A stretch of DNA of 63,999 nucleotides, filler included, from Basidioascus undulatus (GCA_000826855.1; 4 parts of 4 records of this genome joined end to end with filler, not necessarily neighbours in it); one strand, 5' to 3'; counted from the whole stretch's first letter, positions 49,744-63,320 are shown. Notes: generated by a model not told the origin, from the sequence alone. Numbers and translations are program-made.

Positions 49744-52199
49744 TCAGCCCCTCCACGCCGTCGCGCTCCGCCACGCCGAGGCAGTCGTGATCCTCCTCGC
49801 CTGCAGCACCCATTCCCCCATTAGCAAAGCCCAGCCTTGTCCCTGCGTAAGAGAGGTGCAAGCGCACCTGTTCCAAACTGATAGCATCGTGCCTGAACCC
49901 GATCCCGTTCGCGCCGGCCCCTCCGCCGCTGCCGCCCTCATCGTCCTCGTCATCATCGTCATCCAGCATGCTCGGCGCTGCCGTGCTCCGATATGCCGCA
50001 CGCTCGGGTTGACTCGGCAGGTGCTGCACGGGCGTCGCGAACACGGAGGCGCCCGCGCCCGCGGGTGCGCCGGTGAACGCTGCGAAGTCGGAGATGATCT
50101 TGCGCGAGGGCGGGGAGGCGGCGGATGCGCTTGGCCGGGGAGGGACAGGCGGGCCGCCGGGGGACGGGGTGCTGGAGCTCGCGGAGCCGGCGCGGGCGTA
50201 GAGGGAGGAGGAGGGGGTCGAGTAGCGCGAGGCGAGGTAGCGCTCGGAAAAGCGTGAGCCCGTTACCTATAGATGGCGACGCTCAGCCGTCCTCAATGGA
50301 CAGATGGGCAGATGGGGGAACAGACGAACCCGTTTGGTCTGGGACCGACCCTCCTCCACCGAGCCCGCCGTGCTCCACACATGCACATTGTGTCGGGCCT
50401 CGTCCGAATCGCTGCGCCACCATATGTTCAGCTATGAGCATCACCTTGCATCAGGACTCGGCCAAGACGGCCAGGCCGTGCTCACCGATAGATGTTATCC
50501 ACGACCACCTTCTTGGTGCTTTCGTTCCGCAGCATGAGCGTCTCGTGCAGCGCCTTCGCGACGTCGTCGACGCTCTCCTGCCCGCTGTGGATGCGCTGCC
50601 CGACAGCCTCGCCGACCTCGCGAATGAGGCGCTCCACTGTGTCCCGGTATGGTCCGTGAGCCTCGGAAGACTCCTCTTAGCGCAAAAGCGACTGACTGTC
50701 CATCTGCTCCAGCGCCGACCCGACAATGGCATGCGCCAACCTGCAATCCCGCACGCAAACGTAAGCAGTTGAAACGAAGTGGAATGGAGTAACACGTACA
50801 GGTTGGCCGTCGTCAGCGGCAGCATCATCCCACCCGTCAAGTCCGCGAGCGCGCGGAAGAAGTCCGTCGCGTGCTGGTATCCGCTCAGTGCGGGTTCGCA
50901 AGCGACGACGAACTGGAATGCGCATCACCCATCCCGCCCGCCACTCAGCTCCCAGCTGAACTTCTGACGCCCAGACACTGCGCGCGACGCACCAGCGTGA
51001 TACCCCTCGACGCCATCACCCTCACAAGCTGCAGCGGGTCGGCGCCGCACGGGCTGCCATTCGGGAATCCTGTCGCACCGCCACCTCTCCAGCTTCAGCC
51101 TCGCCTTATCCCACCCCACATGCGGCTGAGAATGAAGGGAGGGAGAGGGCGGCGCACCGTCCCCGTACTCCCCGATCCCGTGCGGCGGCGCATCCGCAAC
51201 GAGGACGGCCATCTTGCTCGCGCCCTGGCGCCAGGGCATGTTCTCGAGCGCCTCGCGCAGCGCGGCGGTTACGGCCTCAGGCCCGTCGCCGCCCCCCGAG
51301 GCATACAGTGACGTGAGATTCTCGCGCATCGTGTTGACGTCCGAGGTGAAGCCGAAGTTCTTGAGGATGTCTGAATTCACCACCGTCGCCTCATTAAGTT
51401 TTGTAGAGAAATAGATAAATGAAATGAGACTAACAAGAATGATCTTGGGGAGGGTGATCGCTACCAAGCCCGGCACCGGATGGGTAAGCACTCCGTGCAT
51501 ATCACAGCAGACAGGATGTCCCTCGACTCACCGGTAGGCGATGAGCCCAATCTGCAGTGCAGACGGACTGGACAGCTTCTCAGAGGCGATGATGTTGTCG
51601 CAGATCTCCTGGATGTTCTTGGTCGCGGCCTGCGCCACCTCACCTTTCAGCAACCGCGACCCGCTTTCCCCGGAAGCGTGCGGGACGTACAGCGAGATAG
51701 GACCCCATTGAGCCCGTGGAGTCGAGGATGAAACAGAGATCGCTGGTAGGCCAGGTAGGTGGGTCAGTAACAACGCTTGAAGCCAACCAGATCGACATGC
51801 CGTAGCACTGCTGCTCGAGGGTCACTATCCTTCGCCTCGTGCACACAGCCAGCGCCATCAAACACCAAGCGTCCCCTCGCCGAAGCACCGCTCCCCTCGA
51901 CCGCTCCCATCATATCCGCCAGCGCCTTTCCCAACCACGCCCACGCATCCCAACTTCCCGCCCGCCAAGGCTGTGCGTCATCTCCCCTCCCCTCCGCAAA
52001 CTCACATCGTGTTCTCGTCGAGACCCATACCCATTTCAGCCGGCCCCGCACTGCTCGGAGCGTACGCCGTGTGCGCCTCGACCTGCACGGGAGGCGTGGG
52101 CGTGTCCGACGCCTGGTCCACCACCCGCCATCCATCCATCCGGAAGTCAGCTCAGCTCAGCCTCAACTACCTCGCGGCTTCGTTCTGAGAACGCACCAT
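49744..52199 (-). CDS. von Willebrand factor A domain protein (vwkA-type vWA; no kinase domain seen)
   Basis: DLCFILDSTGSMGSY (MIDAS), IGLIAYRDHPPQD, ASGGGDGPEAV, WRQGASKMAVLVADAPPHG, FVVACEP. Confidence 0.88.
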
Positions 52200-52981
52200 G
52201 ACCCAGTCGTCCATGATGGCTTTCAATCAGGGTTAGTAGCAGCTAGACCTGTAATATAAACCTAAAATTCGGGATGTAAGAATGAGGACAAGGAGGCGGT
52301 GAGCTGTCTAGATGGAGAGAAGGGCAAAGAGCGACGGACGGCGAGCGAGGACCGATTCCGACGCGTGCCCTTGCCAGTCGAGCCGGTCCGTGCTCGAGCA
52401 GTGTTATCACAATCCCTTGAAACCCTGCCTTCTGCTCTGGCGATTCACACTTCACACAGCACGCTGTACATCCATTAAGGTCTGCATTGTGTTGCATGTA
52501 GTTCAGATGTAGAGGGGAGGCAGACTACGGAAGACGGCACTTCCGTGGCCCACTGCGTCATCTTGCCTTTTTCCCACGCTCGCTTGATCACATCTACAAA
52601 AGAGACGGCAGGCAGCACCGCACGACAGCCAACGGTACGGTATGATTGCGCATGGGTGCTAATAGATAAGGCTCATGATGTACTGCGGGGTGCGAGATGA
52701 GACATGCAACACTGTGTGAGGCGAGGAGGATCAACGGCCGAAGGAAAGGAAGCGTGCCGGCCAACGACGAAATCGAACGAAGCAATGAGCGTGGGGCATC
52801 GAAGAAGACCAAGGGGGCAATGCAGTTTGGCGAATGTGAATCTAAACGATAATGTGCAAGTGGGCGCGATGTGATGCGATATGGGAATGGCGATGAAGAA
52901 AAAGAAGCGGCATGGGAGAACGAACGAACCGGACCGAACCGATTGCAGCTGAGCGAACCCCCACCTTTCTCTCAGGCTTCC

Positions 52982-54993
52982 TCATGCCGCCTGCTCCTTC
53001 TTCAACCTGCCCTCCCACCACTTGCCCAGTTTCCTACCGGCATACCGAGCGCTCTTGCCGAGGCCAGCACTAACTATCCCCTTGAGGCTCTGCACCACCG
53101 CCGGGCCGCGCACAGTCTCGGCGATGGCGCGCTCGAGCGTCGCGCTGAACGCCGGGTCCTCGACGACCTTGGACCAGAACAGGCCCTCGTCTAGCGGCAC
53201 GCCAGCGTCGGGCGACCCACCCAGCGTGGGCGCGAGCTTTGGGAGGTAGGCGTGTCGCAGCTTCTCGCGCAGGTGCAGGGGCAGCTTCGTCGCTAGTGCG
53301 ACGCGGTGGCGAGTCGTGTTCGGTTGCTGCTTGCAGGTCAATGTCAATACACAGTTGCATCGCAAGCACGACAGTCGAGGGTGAAGGTGGAAGAGGAGGG
53401 TGCGCGAGGTGCCGACGCACAGTTATCCGACGTTTGCCCTGCGAGATCTTGCGCCAGCCGGGGCGGAACTGGACATCCGAGAACTTGACCGCGAGGGGCG
53501 CATAGAGTCCATGGAACTGTGCGACCTGCGCGCGGACGATGTTGTGCACCTTGTCCGGGTTCTCGCCGACCGTCATGCGCGGGTCACCTGCAAACCCACC
53601 TCGCAAGATATGAGCCAAACGACCTAGAGTGAAGAGCTGACTGTGGGTCAGGGAAGAGGACGCACCAGAATAGGACAGCCCCGCGATGCGCTCATACAGC
53701 TCCTGCTCGGCGAACTCGTCCGGGAGGAGGAGGAGCGCAGTGCGGAGCGCGGAGGTGAGGTTGACCTGCTGCGCCAGGCGGACGCGCGCGTCGTCCTTGA
53801 TTATCCGGACCTGTTTCCGCCCACATTCAGCAGTGCCCGGGAGAGGGAAAGCACAGAAAGAGACGCAACACGCACAGGCTTGTGCATCCGCCCCGACACG
53901 TAGAGCGTCTCCCAGTCCATCAGGTCCCGGCAGAGGTCGTCCACGGAGATGACACCGTATTTCAGGGGCTGCCGCATCCCCCAGTCCCGTCAGCGTCCTC
54001 CATCCGCAACCCTCTACAGCGCAAGGGAAACGCCCAACGCACCACGCCATCAATCTCCACCATGCTGACATACCACACCCGCGCGCCGAACCCATGCTGC
54101 ACGCGCTCGATAGCCCGCGCGCCCGCGAGGCGGGCGTACAAGGGGTAGTGGGACGGGTTCTGGTGCAGGTTGATAGAATGCCAGTGATCCGGATGTGTGA
54201 CGGCTAGGATAAAGTCGACCATTGGCATCTCCTGTTCCCGCATCCTCTCTCTCCAGTTCAGCGACCGGCTTGTCCGCGCAAGTGGAGGCAGCATGACGGA
54301 AAGACGGACCTTAGTGTCGTACCCCTCCTGCTTGAACACCCCGCTCCCGTACGCAAACCCGTACCGCACGGGCGCCTTGAACGTGCTCATGACGCGCTCG
54401 AGCATGAGGCGCTTCTCATCGGGGACATGGATGAGCTGGTTGGAGCCGAAGTCGGCGGGGAGGGAATAGGGCGAGATGGGCGCGCGCGGAATGGGGCGCG
54501 GGAGGGACTTGGGGGAGAGCGGGGACGAGGACGTGCTGCTGCTGCTGGAGGCTGTGGGGTGCTTTGGGGGCGCGGAGGGTGGCGGGAGGGGCGAGTCGGC
54601 GGCGGTGGAGATTGAGGTGGAATGGGAGCGGAGGAGCGGGGAGGCGGATGCGTGCGAGAGAAGGGGAGAGCGGCAGCGCGCAAGTCGCAATAGCTGGTGG
54701 GCGGTGTTGGACTGATGGAAGTACGATTGGGTGTCAGTATGCGCTTAGGCGAGGGGTCGTTGTAAAAGCGTGTCGTCGGTCTGGGTCGGCACTCGCTGCC
54801 GTTCCAGAGCCAAACCTCTGTCCGCACACGCTCAATCGTGCAGATCGAGCATCCTCTTCAAACAGAGCCTCTGAAACAAAACGCTTTCCCCTCCGCCGTC
54901 CAAGCTTCCCATCACCTCCGCCGCTTCGCACCCCAGGCCCGCGGCGCGCAAGAGAGAAGAGAAGACAGCGAGCGACACGGCACTCACGTGCAT
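52982..54993 (-). CDS. TAM41: Mitochondrial phosphatidate cytidylyltransferase Tam41/Mmp37
   Basis: MH|SNTAHQLLRLARC...; FKAPVRYGFAYGSGVFKQ, MVDFILAVTHPDHWHSINL, NLTSALRTALLLLP, IAGLSYSGDPRM..GENPDKVHNIV, QSLKGIVSAG. Confidence 0.95.
54758..54905 (-). ncRNA. Candidate box H/ACA snoRNA in TAM41 intron 1
   Basis: Hairpin, then AGAGGA (H-box pattern, 54857-54852), then hairpin 54831-54768, then ACA (54763-54761); pocket-to-box spacings 15 and 14 nt. Confidence 0.45.
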
Positions 54994-56043
54994 GCTGGCA
55001 GTCAGAAGGGTGTAACGAGGGCGAGAGCGAGTGTCTATGATCCGTCTGAGGATTGTATGTGGTGTAGTGGTAGGGCGTATGCGTGGTGTGGGTGTGCGAG
55101 CAGGTGGGAGTCTGTGGGAGAGAGGGGGGAGAGCGTGAACGAGCGCTGCGAGGCGAGGCGAGTTCGGGGTCGGGCGGTGAGACAACCGGCCTGTCGGCTA
55201 CTATACTGACTATGTAGATTCAGGATGACAGAGTCTGTCACCTGCTTCGACATGAATGATGACAGACGGCCGCGGCCGTTGCCAACACTTTCCGTTTCCT
55301 GCGAAAGTTTCATTGCAGGAAAGACCTTCCTTCTGTCTTTATGTTTGAAGTCTGAATCGAGAAATCTCTATACGGCATGATACGACATGCTTACAGAAAC
55401 AAGCAGAACCCACCGGTGCTGGTATCTAAGACGGAGGAATGGGTGGGCAGGCTGCAACGTACCGTCTGGGGCCCAGTGGGCTTTACCAGCCTCATGACAG
55501 ACTCCATGAAAAGCACGGTATACGCAGTATCCGCATACACATACCACACGGGGAGTAGCGATTCAAACCCGATAAAGAGCAACGGCTCCACACCTGCCTT
55601 CCAGCAACGTCTGTTCTTTCCTGCTGCATCCAATGGCAAACAGTGCGTTCAGACTTCCCAGGGCCTGGACGATTCAATGGAACAATGGAACCCCCCAAAA
55701 CGTTATGCTTCGTGCAGTGAGAGACTGGCTGAAACGAGGCCACTGCCGGCACTGAACCGCATTGGCTCAACGCTGCGTGGTAGTGGCTGGTGAGCTCGAC
55801 CGCTGCGCATGCGTCGTAAACCTGCCCAAACTCATTTCGGTAGGTGTGGTGCAGGCCGTGTTGGTCGCACAGCCTATCAATCCAAAACAGCTGGAATCTG
55901 TCCACGGTATACAGCACTCCGCCGATATCGGACTACATTTCACTTCCAGTCACTGCCCACAGTACGGGTGCAGTTCCACGGTCACCTCTATCATTCAATT
56001 CATTTCATTCCTCTCATTCGCTCAATGCGCCGTTCCCAGCTCT

Positions 56044-57590
56044 TTACTTCTTGCCCTCAGTCTCCAGGATCCAGTTAAGGACGAGCGCGTCGGTTTCCTG
56101 AAAAGCCAGCATCAAGGTTTAGCAGACGGGGAGCCGGAAACCACATAGCGGGGGTTAATCACCTTCGGGTGGGACGCGCTGAGGAAGTGGCGGCCGCCCT
56201 CGATGACCTCAAGCTTGACGGAGGGGGCGTTGACAAGCATCTTGGCGTACCTGGAGTGCGTATTGTGTCAGACTTCAAGATAGTTGGGTTAAAGAGTGGG
56301 GGGCGGAAAAGAAGACGCACTTCTCAGCGACCTTGACGGTGTAGACGGCGTCCTTGGTGCCGTGCTACACAAGCCAACGCTGTCAGAACCGGCTTTTCCG
56401 CGGCGGGGGAGGATGAAAGCGGATAGACGAACGGGAATGAGAACAGGGCAAGTGATCTCGCCCAAGCGGTGCTCAAGCGAGTCGCGCTCGCCCAAGCAGA
56501 CGGTGCCTGCATCGCATCATGCACAGGCGGATCAGCCTCAACATTCAAACATGAGCGCACTCTCGGGACAAAACTCACACATCAGAATTTTCTTGCGCCC
56601 GGCGTCACCGCGGTACACATCCCGGATCTGCTGCGTCCAGTACGCGTGCTGCTCCTTCGAGATGGACTCGCCGAAGCCGACGCCGAGGAGGTCGTCCGAG
56701 AAGCGCGAGGGGACCTCGAAGTCCGGGGTCGCCTTGGTCGAGACGAAGGACTCGTACCACTTTTCGGGAGTGTAAGTTTAATGAATATGCCTGGAGGGAA
56801 AGAGAGAGACGTACGGGAGGGAAGACGGTGTTCACGTCCCAGCAGCCGAGCTGGCGCGTCTCCTCGGTCTCCGAGAACATGGAGGAGCCAATCGGGATTA
56901 TGCCGGCCATCTGGGAGTTGTTTTCAGTATACTTCGAACTTAAATGCCCTGAGTACTCCAGAAAGCATACCTTGTCAGGGCGCAGGATGGCCATGCGGGC
57001 AACGATGAAGCCACCTGCAGGTATCCCCGGCTGTGAGTCTCGGTTTTGCTTCGACTTGTTAATGTGCGCGGCTCATACCCTGAGAAGTGCCAAGCGCGTA
57101 GACCTTCTTGATGCCGAGAGCGTCCTGTATGCAGGTATTTTAAGGTCAGCCACGTGTCTTGCGACGGGTCTCGAGTCGAACGCACCGTCACGTCAAGAGC
57201 CATCTGAGCGGTAGTCCAGTAGCTCCTATAAAAGCCATGAGCTTCAAATTTCAATGCAATGAACGTGTGTCAAATTCCACGAACCATCCGGTGGGGCCCT
57301 CAGTCTGGCCGTGACCCTGCAGCGACAGCCGGCGATCGAAGTGTCGCACAATCAGCTCACGATGATCTCAGCAGTAGGAGGCACTAAAGAAAACGTACGA
57401 CTTCGTCGATGGCGAGGAGGTTGACCTTGGAGGTGAGCTCCTTGTTCTCGTACTGGGGCCCGTAGAGGTTGAGGTTGGTCGTGAACGAGTGGAGCAGGAC
57501 GAGCGTCGGGTTCGCCGGGTTCGGCTGCTCGGGGACCTGCTTGTAGGCAGCCTTGATGCCCGACGGGAGGGAGACGAACTTGGTAGCCAT
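56044..57590 (-). CDS. Alpha/beta-fold hydrolase
   Basis: PTLVLLHSFTT, LLAIDE..GHGQT, nucleophile motif ALGTSQGG, HGTKDAVY, IEGGRHFLSASHP. Confidence 0.88.
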
Positions 57591-58259
57591 GGTGAGCGAT
57601 ATAGAAGGTAAGTGTTAGTGTGTGTGTTGGTTGTTAGAAGCGAAACAATGAGAGGAGTGAGTGAGGAACGTTGTGACAGCCAGGCTTTATACGATCCAAC
57701 TTGCCCCTCTCTTGAGCCTCGCGCTTCCGATAACGCAGGCAGGTGACCTTCTCAAGACCCTTTATTTCACGGATAGCACAGGCCTTACGCTCGGACTCCG
57801 GAGAACTGTGCGAGATTGCAGGACGCTACGCGCTCGACGGTGGAGGTCGCTTAGGAGGAGGCCTGCTCTGCATCATGAGACGAAGAGCCGAACGGCTGGA
57901 AACTAGCAGGATAGACTTCGGCGCAACTTTCTCCCAACATCTGCGACTTGGATCGATGTATACGGTCGAGCGGTAGCAGTCTGTCGCTATGCTCGCCCGA
58001 GACGGAAGGACGGGGCACCCGCCCCGAGTATCGCCTCTTGAACAGTTTCAACACTGCGTTCGTCTCTTTCGCCGCCCATTGGATCACAACGTTGAACATT
58101 CATGAAGAAACAGCAGCTTCGTCAAGAAAGCAGTCCAGCGAGGATCTTCTACAAGACGGTCCAGCATGCCTGACGCTCGGCATGTCCACACCGGCCTGCA
58201 ACCGTTGCCCGAGCGACATGAACATCAAGCGGGGTCTGCGTGAGGATGGAACAGACCTA

Positions 58260-59105
58260 CACCTAGACGGGGGTCGAGGACGTCATGGCCTTCTTGTTCA
58301 TGAAGCGGCGCTCGTCGGCGTCGCTGGGCGTGCGGAAGCGGAGGGTCGCGCCTTCCTCCACCTGCGAGCCCTGCACGCAGCAGCAGTCGTCGCTGGCGCC
58401 GGGAACCTTCAGCGATTAAAAATACCCACAAGCACTTGGGGGGGACTCACAGCTTGTCCGGCTTCAGCGTGCCTGCCCAACCAACGCGTCAGACACGCCA
58501 CACTCCGACAGGAAGGGAGACAGACGCAGCGCACCCTTGTCGAACACGCAGCAACCTAGCTCCTGGGCCCGACATCCTTGTCGACAATCTCGAGCTGGGC
58601 GTGAGCGTGCATCTGCCCGACGTGGAGCTGCTCCATGTGGTCGGCGAGGATGACGGCGACGTTGTGCTTCGGGAAAGCAGCGCTGCGTATCATACCCGTC
58701 CGCCGATGTCAGCATCGCCACTGCAGCACGCAGAAACGCAGTCGTCGGAGCTCACCTGATGTCCTTACAGAGCTGGGAGATAATGTTGGCGCAGTCGCCC
58801 CTGGTGCCCTTGACGCCGTCGCAGAGGGCCTTGAGCTTGCCGACGTCCTCCGCGGCGGTCGAGCACGACTCGGGGGAGCCGCAAACCTCGCAGCTGTTGG
58901 CGTTCTTGGAGAGCGAGCACTGCATGTCGATGACTAGAGAGGGTGTTCCTGGAGGTTGGTGGGGCAAAACTGCAGTGGAGAGTGTCGACGGTTGGTCCAA
59001 TGTGTGGGATGAGGTGAAGAAGAGCTTGGGGGAGAAAACCGGGCGGACGGTTGTTTGCGCAAGAGACGCTGCTGCCACGACTGCCGCTGCGGCTTGCCGA
59101 AGCAT
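58260..59105 (-). CDS. Secreted Cys-rich hypothetical protein, possibly frameshifted
   Basis: Signal-like MLRQAAAAVVAAASLAQ; Cys-rich exons (CSLSKNANSCEVCGSPESC, GCCVFDKG, DCCCVQG); frame change near 58565; 3' end uncertain. Confidence 0.55.
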
Positions 59106-59237
59106 GACCGCCCCATTGGGGTTGATTTTCTCTCTCCGAACTTTAGCTGATACGTCCCGAAAGCAGCACAGTGGCGCAAGCCAGGCTATCATATGCTCAA
59201 GAACCTCGAAGATTTTCCCATCCAAGCGACTACCCGC

Positions 59238-61402
59238 CTACGCCGGCCGCTGGTATACAAGCTGCAGCACCTGTCTGTGATCAGCCCCCTTGTAAACGGC
59301 CTCGACTACTTGACCCGATGGCACCGCGTCTGCTGAGAAGTCGGACGAGCCTTGGTAGGCAAGGAGGAGGCCCATGGAGATGGTGGACTGCAAGCGAGGC
59401 ATTCGCCCATTTAGAACATGAAGGCATACAGAAAGATTATGATAAGGACGCACGTTGGTGAACTCGGCTGCAAATCCGTCAATAGCGGGGCAGGCGAGTG
59501 AGCCGTCGGAGGAGATGCCGCAGACACCCTTGGAGGATTTCAGCACGACTGTGTCGGCAGAAGAGCCCGGCTGGGGGCTGAAGGTGGCGCAGGTTTGCTG
59601 GAAAAAAGGAAGTGGTTTGGGTTCTTTGAATGCAACTACAGAAACGGTCCCGTGAATGCCACTTTCTGAAACGCACAGTGCTCCACGTTCCCTTGGAGAG
59701 GAGACAGCCGACGTTGCTTCCCTCGGCCTGGAAGACTTGAATCAGGCCCTTGTTCTCGTCGCTGGGTGCGCCCGTCTAAAAATTATAATTGGGGTGAGAT
59801 ATATCCTTTCCGAGGAGTAGCGGGGAGCTCGAGCCTGCGAAGGAGCCGCATCGGACGACGAGGTAGGCGTGGCAACCGGGACGCTGTTGGGCTGATAAAT
59901 GATGCCCTCCTCGGCGCAGCCCGACTTGGGCCCGTCCGGGTCCGTGTGCACAAAGATCCGTTGATGACGCTCCCCTTGGTCTCGTAGTGATACCTTCAGC
60001 GCGGAGATGGAGTTTTAGCATCACAGTTGGGTCGAACGAGTAGAGCCCGCGCGCCCGCGATGCACGTACCAGATCTCGTGCAGGTATTTGCGACCCGAGC
60101 CGTTGCATTGGATGGTAGGGACGTGGCCCTGAATGGAATTTACCGGAATGAGTGTTATAAAGTGATCCAACGTTTAGGAGAGGAACTGACCGTTGCAGCC
60201 TTCAAGGCGTCTTGGATCTGGGCTAGAGTGTACGTCTTCTCGGTGCTAGGCACAATTCCGCGCTTGGCAAGAAACTTGGCGGAGGGGAGAGTCTGAGCAG
60301 GTAAAGGTGATCAGAAGAAATCCCCATCTGTATGTAAAAAAAACTAAGTCCTCTTACTTGGTGAAGCATGACCGTCTGGGCCGAGCCCAAGAAGAAACCG
60401 TTAGACATAGGGCACGATGTCACTGCACGGTGAACATACCTTCTTGAAATAGATGACAACCTACATTAGAGGAAAGGGTATGTGAGTGCACTGAACAGAT
60501 CAACCGACAACTCTACATTCACATCGAGGTTGTCCTTGAAGTTCCGAATACACTGCGGCTCGAGGGTAGAAATGCAAGTGCCGTGCTATCCGCCCCGTCT
60601 GGGGTCAGGCTCTTCCGGTTCAAATGTTTCAGGTAATTTTCCCTGGCACACCTTGTTGAACTACAAAGACAAAGTTGGAATTGGAATGGTGAGTCCAGCG
60701 CATGCTGCAGAGATTGTGCCATGGAAGCTTACCTCGTGCTCCCAGAACGACTCGTCGTCGCCTTTGTTGTCTTTCCAGTGTGTGTGCATGTACTCCAAGA
60801 GAACATCTTCTCCGTGGGCCTCGAGGATCTTCACAGGTTTTGAGATTGTGCTTCATGTCAGCGTATATTATTGGATTGCATAGGCGGAAGCGTGGATACC
60901 TGAGTAATGTTCTGCACCTCCCGTTCCGGTGCACAGTACGCATCGTAGGACCCATCTGCGGTGCGTTTCAGCCTTCCAACCGGTTTATAACCCTGTCTAA
61001 GCAGATTCAGCTCACCGCAATGGTCAGGCCACAGACCGTGAACCGTCCACGAGTCCTGCGGTCCGGCGTATTCGAGGGAACTCTCGTAATCCCAGAACTA
61101 GTCCCAGCTCATCATGCCGTCAGCAATCCGTTCAACCAAGCTCATCCTTCAAGGTCTCTATGGCCTACCTGGGTAAGAAGCAACTGCCCACCAGGGGAGT
61201 TGAAGCAGCAAAGGTCCTCCTGCACCGTCGTGTTGGAGCACGAGAGCGGCGAGAAGAATCCGCGAAGGGTGCAGGTCGAAAAGGCTGGCACGAGGAGGGA
61301 TGGGTCTAGGAGAACATCACTATCCCGAGCGTTGAGGTCAACGCTGGGTGCAGCGAGTGCCGCAGCCGGAAGAATGGCCGCGAGGGCCGCGAGAGAGAGC
61401 AT
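59238..61402 (-). CDS. RNY1: Secreted ribonuclease T2 with a C-terminal extension
   Basis: Signal peptide; SCSNTT..DLCCFNSPGGQLLLTQFWD; CAS I WTVHGLWPDHC; CAS II ESFWEHE|FNK|HGTCISTLEPQC. Confidence 0.93.
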
Positions 61403-62459
61403 TTTGGAGAGGAGAGAGGCTGGAGAAGGAAGACGTCGGCCGCCTCGACGTCTTTGTGTGATCCTATCGCCTGCTTCCATCCCAGGAACGGCTACCTTCC
61501 TGTAATGTTCGATCACAAGGCACGCGGAGGAACACAAAATGAAAAGGTTGGGCAGCAGGCAGGCCTGCCGATTCGGTGTGCAGTTCAAAGCGGAAATTTC
61601 AGCGCACGTGTCGCCATTCGCATGGCGAGGGGGTTAGCGCCCAAGCCTCATGGTGGGGTGTCCAATCGCCAGCAGGAGCAATGGCAGGTGGGCTCAGTGA
61701 TCACTGATATGAGGAAGGACGCACGGGGCTACCGGATCCGAGGTGCGCAGGATGTGATGGAGGTACATAACGGGGTTTGTGAATGCCGAACCACGGTCAA
61801 ATTGGAGAAGCAGTGCCAGTGGTGCCAGTGCTTCTGGAGCAGCAGAAAGTTTCGTAAAAACGTCAGCGCTTCTGCGCCTGACTATTGAGGTTCTAGATTT
61901 ACGGATATTACGGCTACCAGCTACCGTGAGAAATGGCGACCGAGTTTCCGAGGAAACCCCTTTTTCATCTCTTTCATGTGCGGAGCTGCTCAGCTTGCAG
62001 CGGACCGCCTGTCAATAGTGATCCCCAGTCACCTTCGGAACCTTGGAAGGTTGCCAGCACCGAATAGTAACACATGTCCAAGCGCATGACCACATAAACC
62101 CCCCTTTTCCGGTGGCTGTGCCGGGAGTCTTTGGGAGTCTCCCAATTTCACCCTTTTCTTGCTCTTCCAAGTTCACCCCATCCCCGCCCTCACCCTTCCC
62201 AGAGAACCTCTTCTGCTCCCTACGCCTTCCACCGATTCGCTTGAGCTTACTTGCTGCTGCGCCATGCCCTTCAGAGTTCAACTCAGACCATCAACGGCCC
62301 CGTGTTGCCAGCAGAAGGCCGCGCACCAGCGCGTGTCCTTTTCGATCTGAGGGGCTACCAAGCCGTCTGGTTTTCCTGCGCTGGAAGCGTGAACCTGGCT
62401 TCTCCTACCCGTGGCCCCCAAGGATCTACCAGGAAGTGGTTGCTGCCCTTTCATTTCGA

Positions 62460-63320
62460 GCAAGAAGCGATACGCGCTCCTTCGCTTCGCACTCCTTCGC
62501 TTCGCGCTCCCTTCCGCTACCACACCCACGCTGATGAGGCAGCATTCGGGGAGGACCACGTCGAAGTCCTTATCTTCCAAATCGGCAGCGGTGAACGAGT
62601 TCGCGGCTGGCTACTCCGGGCTCTTGGGCGCAACCCTGGGCACGTCTATGTTGACGGAGGAGTTCATTGAAACGATGGAGAGCGCGTCTTCCGCACTGCC
62701 TGGCGGGGCATCTCGGTCTCCATTCGCGTCCAGCCTGACGCCTTGCCCTCTGACGCTGTGTGGCTCGATTCGATACCCGGGACCATCACTATCCCCCGGG
62801 CACTTGAATCCGGCCGATCGGCCCGCCTTTCGTTCACTTCGAATCACGAAACAAACCTGTGCTAGCCTCGTGTCTTTTACCGTTCCCTGCGGAGCTGAGC
62901 GTGTATTTGGCCGCTACTCGACCCTCTGTTCCCAATCACGTGCAGTACTCCTAGGGCATGCGACCCCCTCTGCGGCTTGAGGACTCGGTGAGGCTATTAT
63001 TTCGCCATTGCCGCCTGGGCACGCCACGCAAAGAGATCGCCCAGTTCTTCAATAGCCTTGTCCCGCCCGAACTCGCTGAAGCATTCCGTATCGCGTTCGT
63101 TGAACTCGACAGTGTCTTCTACGATTTCGGCGGCGGCAGAGCTCACGGTATCGCTCCCGCCTTCCATATCTTCTGGCAGTATGCCGATGAGCTCGCCCAC
63201 TTGAAGCCGCTCTGCGAGGTCTGCGATATGCCCTGCGCGTCGTCGTGCAAAGCCTGCATGAGGGCGTACTGGAGCTGAGCACCAGAAGCATGACTGACCG
63301 AATCATCGGAAGGTGAGCCA
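62460..63320 (+). pseudogene. Degenerate MYND zinc-finger gene
   Basis: CEVCDMPCASSCKACMRAY, then a frameshift to AEHQKHD*PNHRK with TGA at the conserved Trp position. Confidence 0.65.

Noticed and set aside
54830..54852. Apparent frameshifted TAM41 start (ATGCTCGATCTG, which would give MLRSARLS with one extra C)
   Set aside because: A cleaner ATG-CAC|GTGAGT first exon at 54993 splices in frame, so this ATG is intronic.
60590..60710. Apparent frameshift in RNase T2 CAS II
   Set aside because: Resolved by the 9-nt microexon at 60652-60660.
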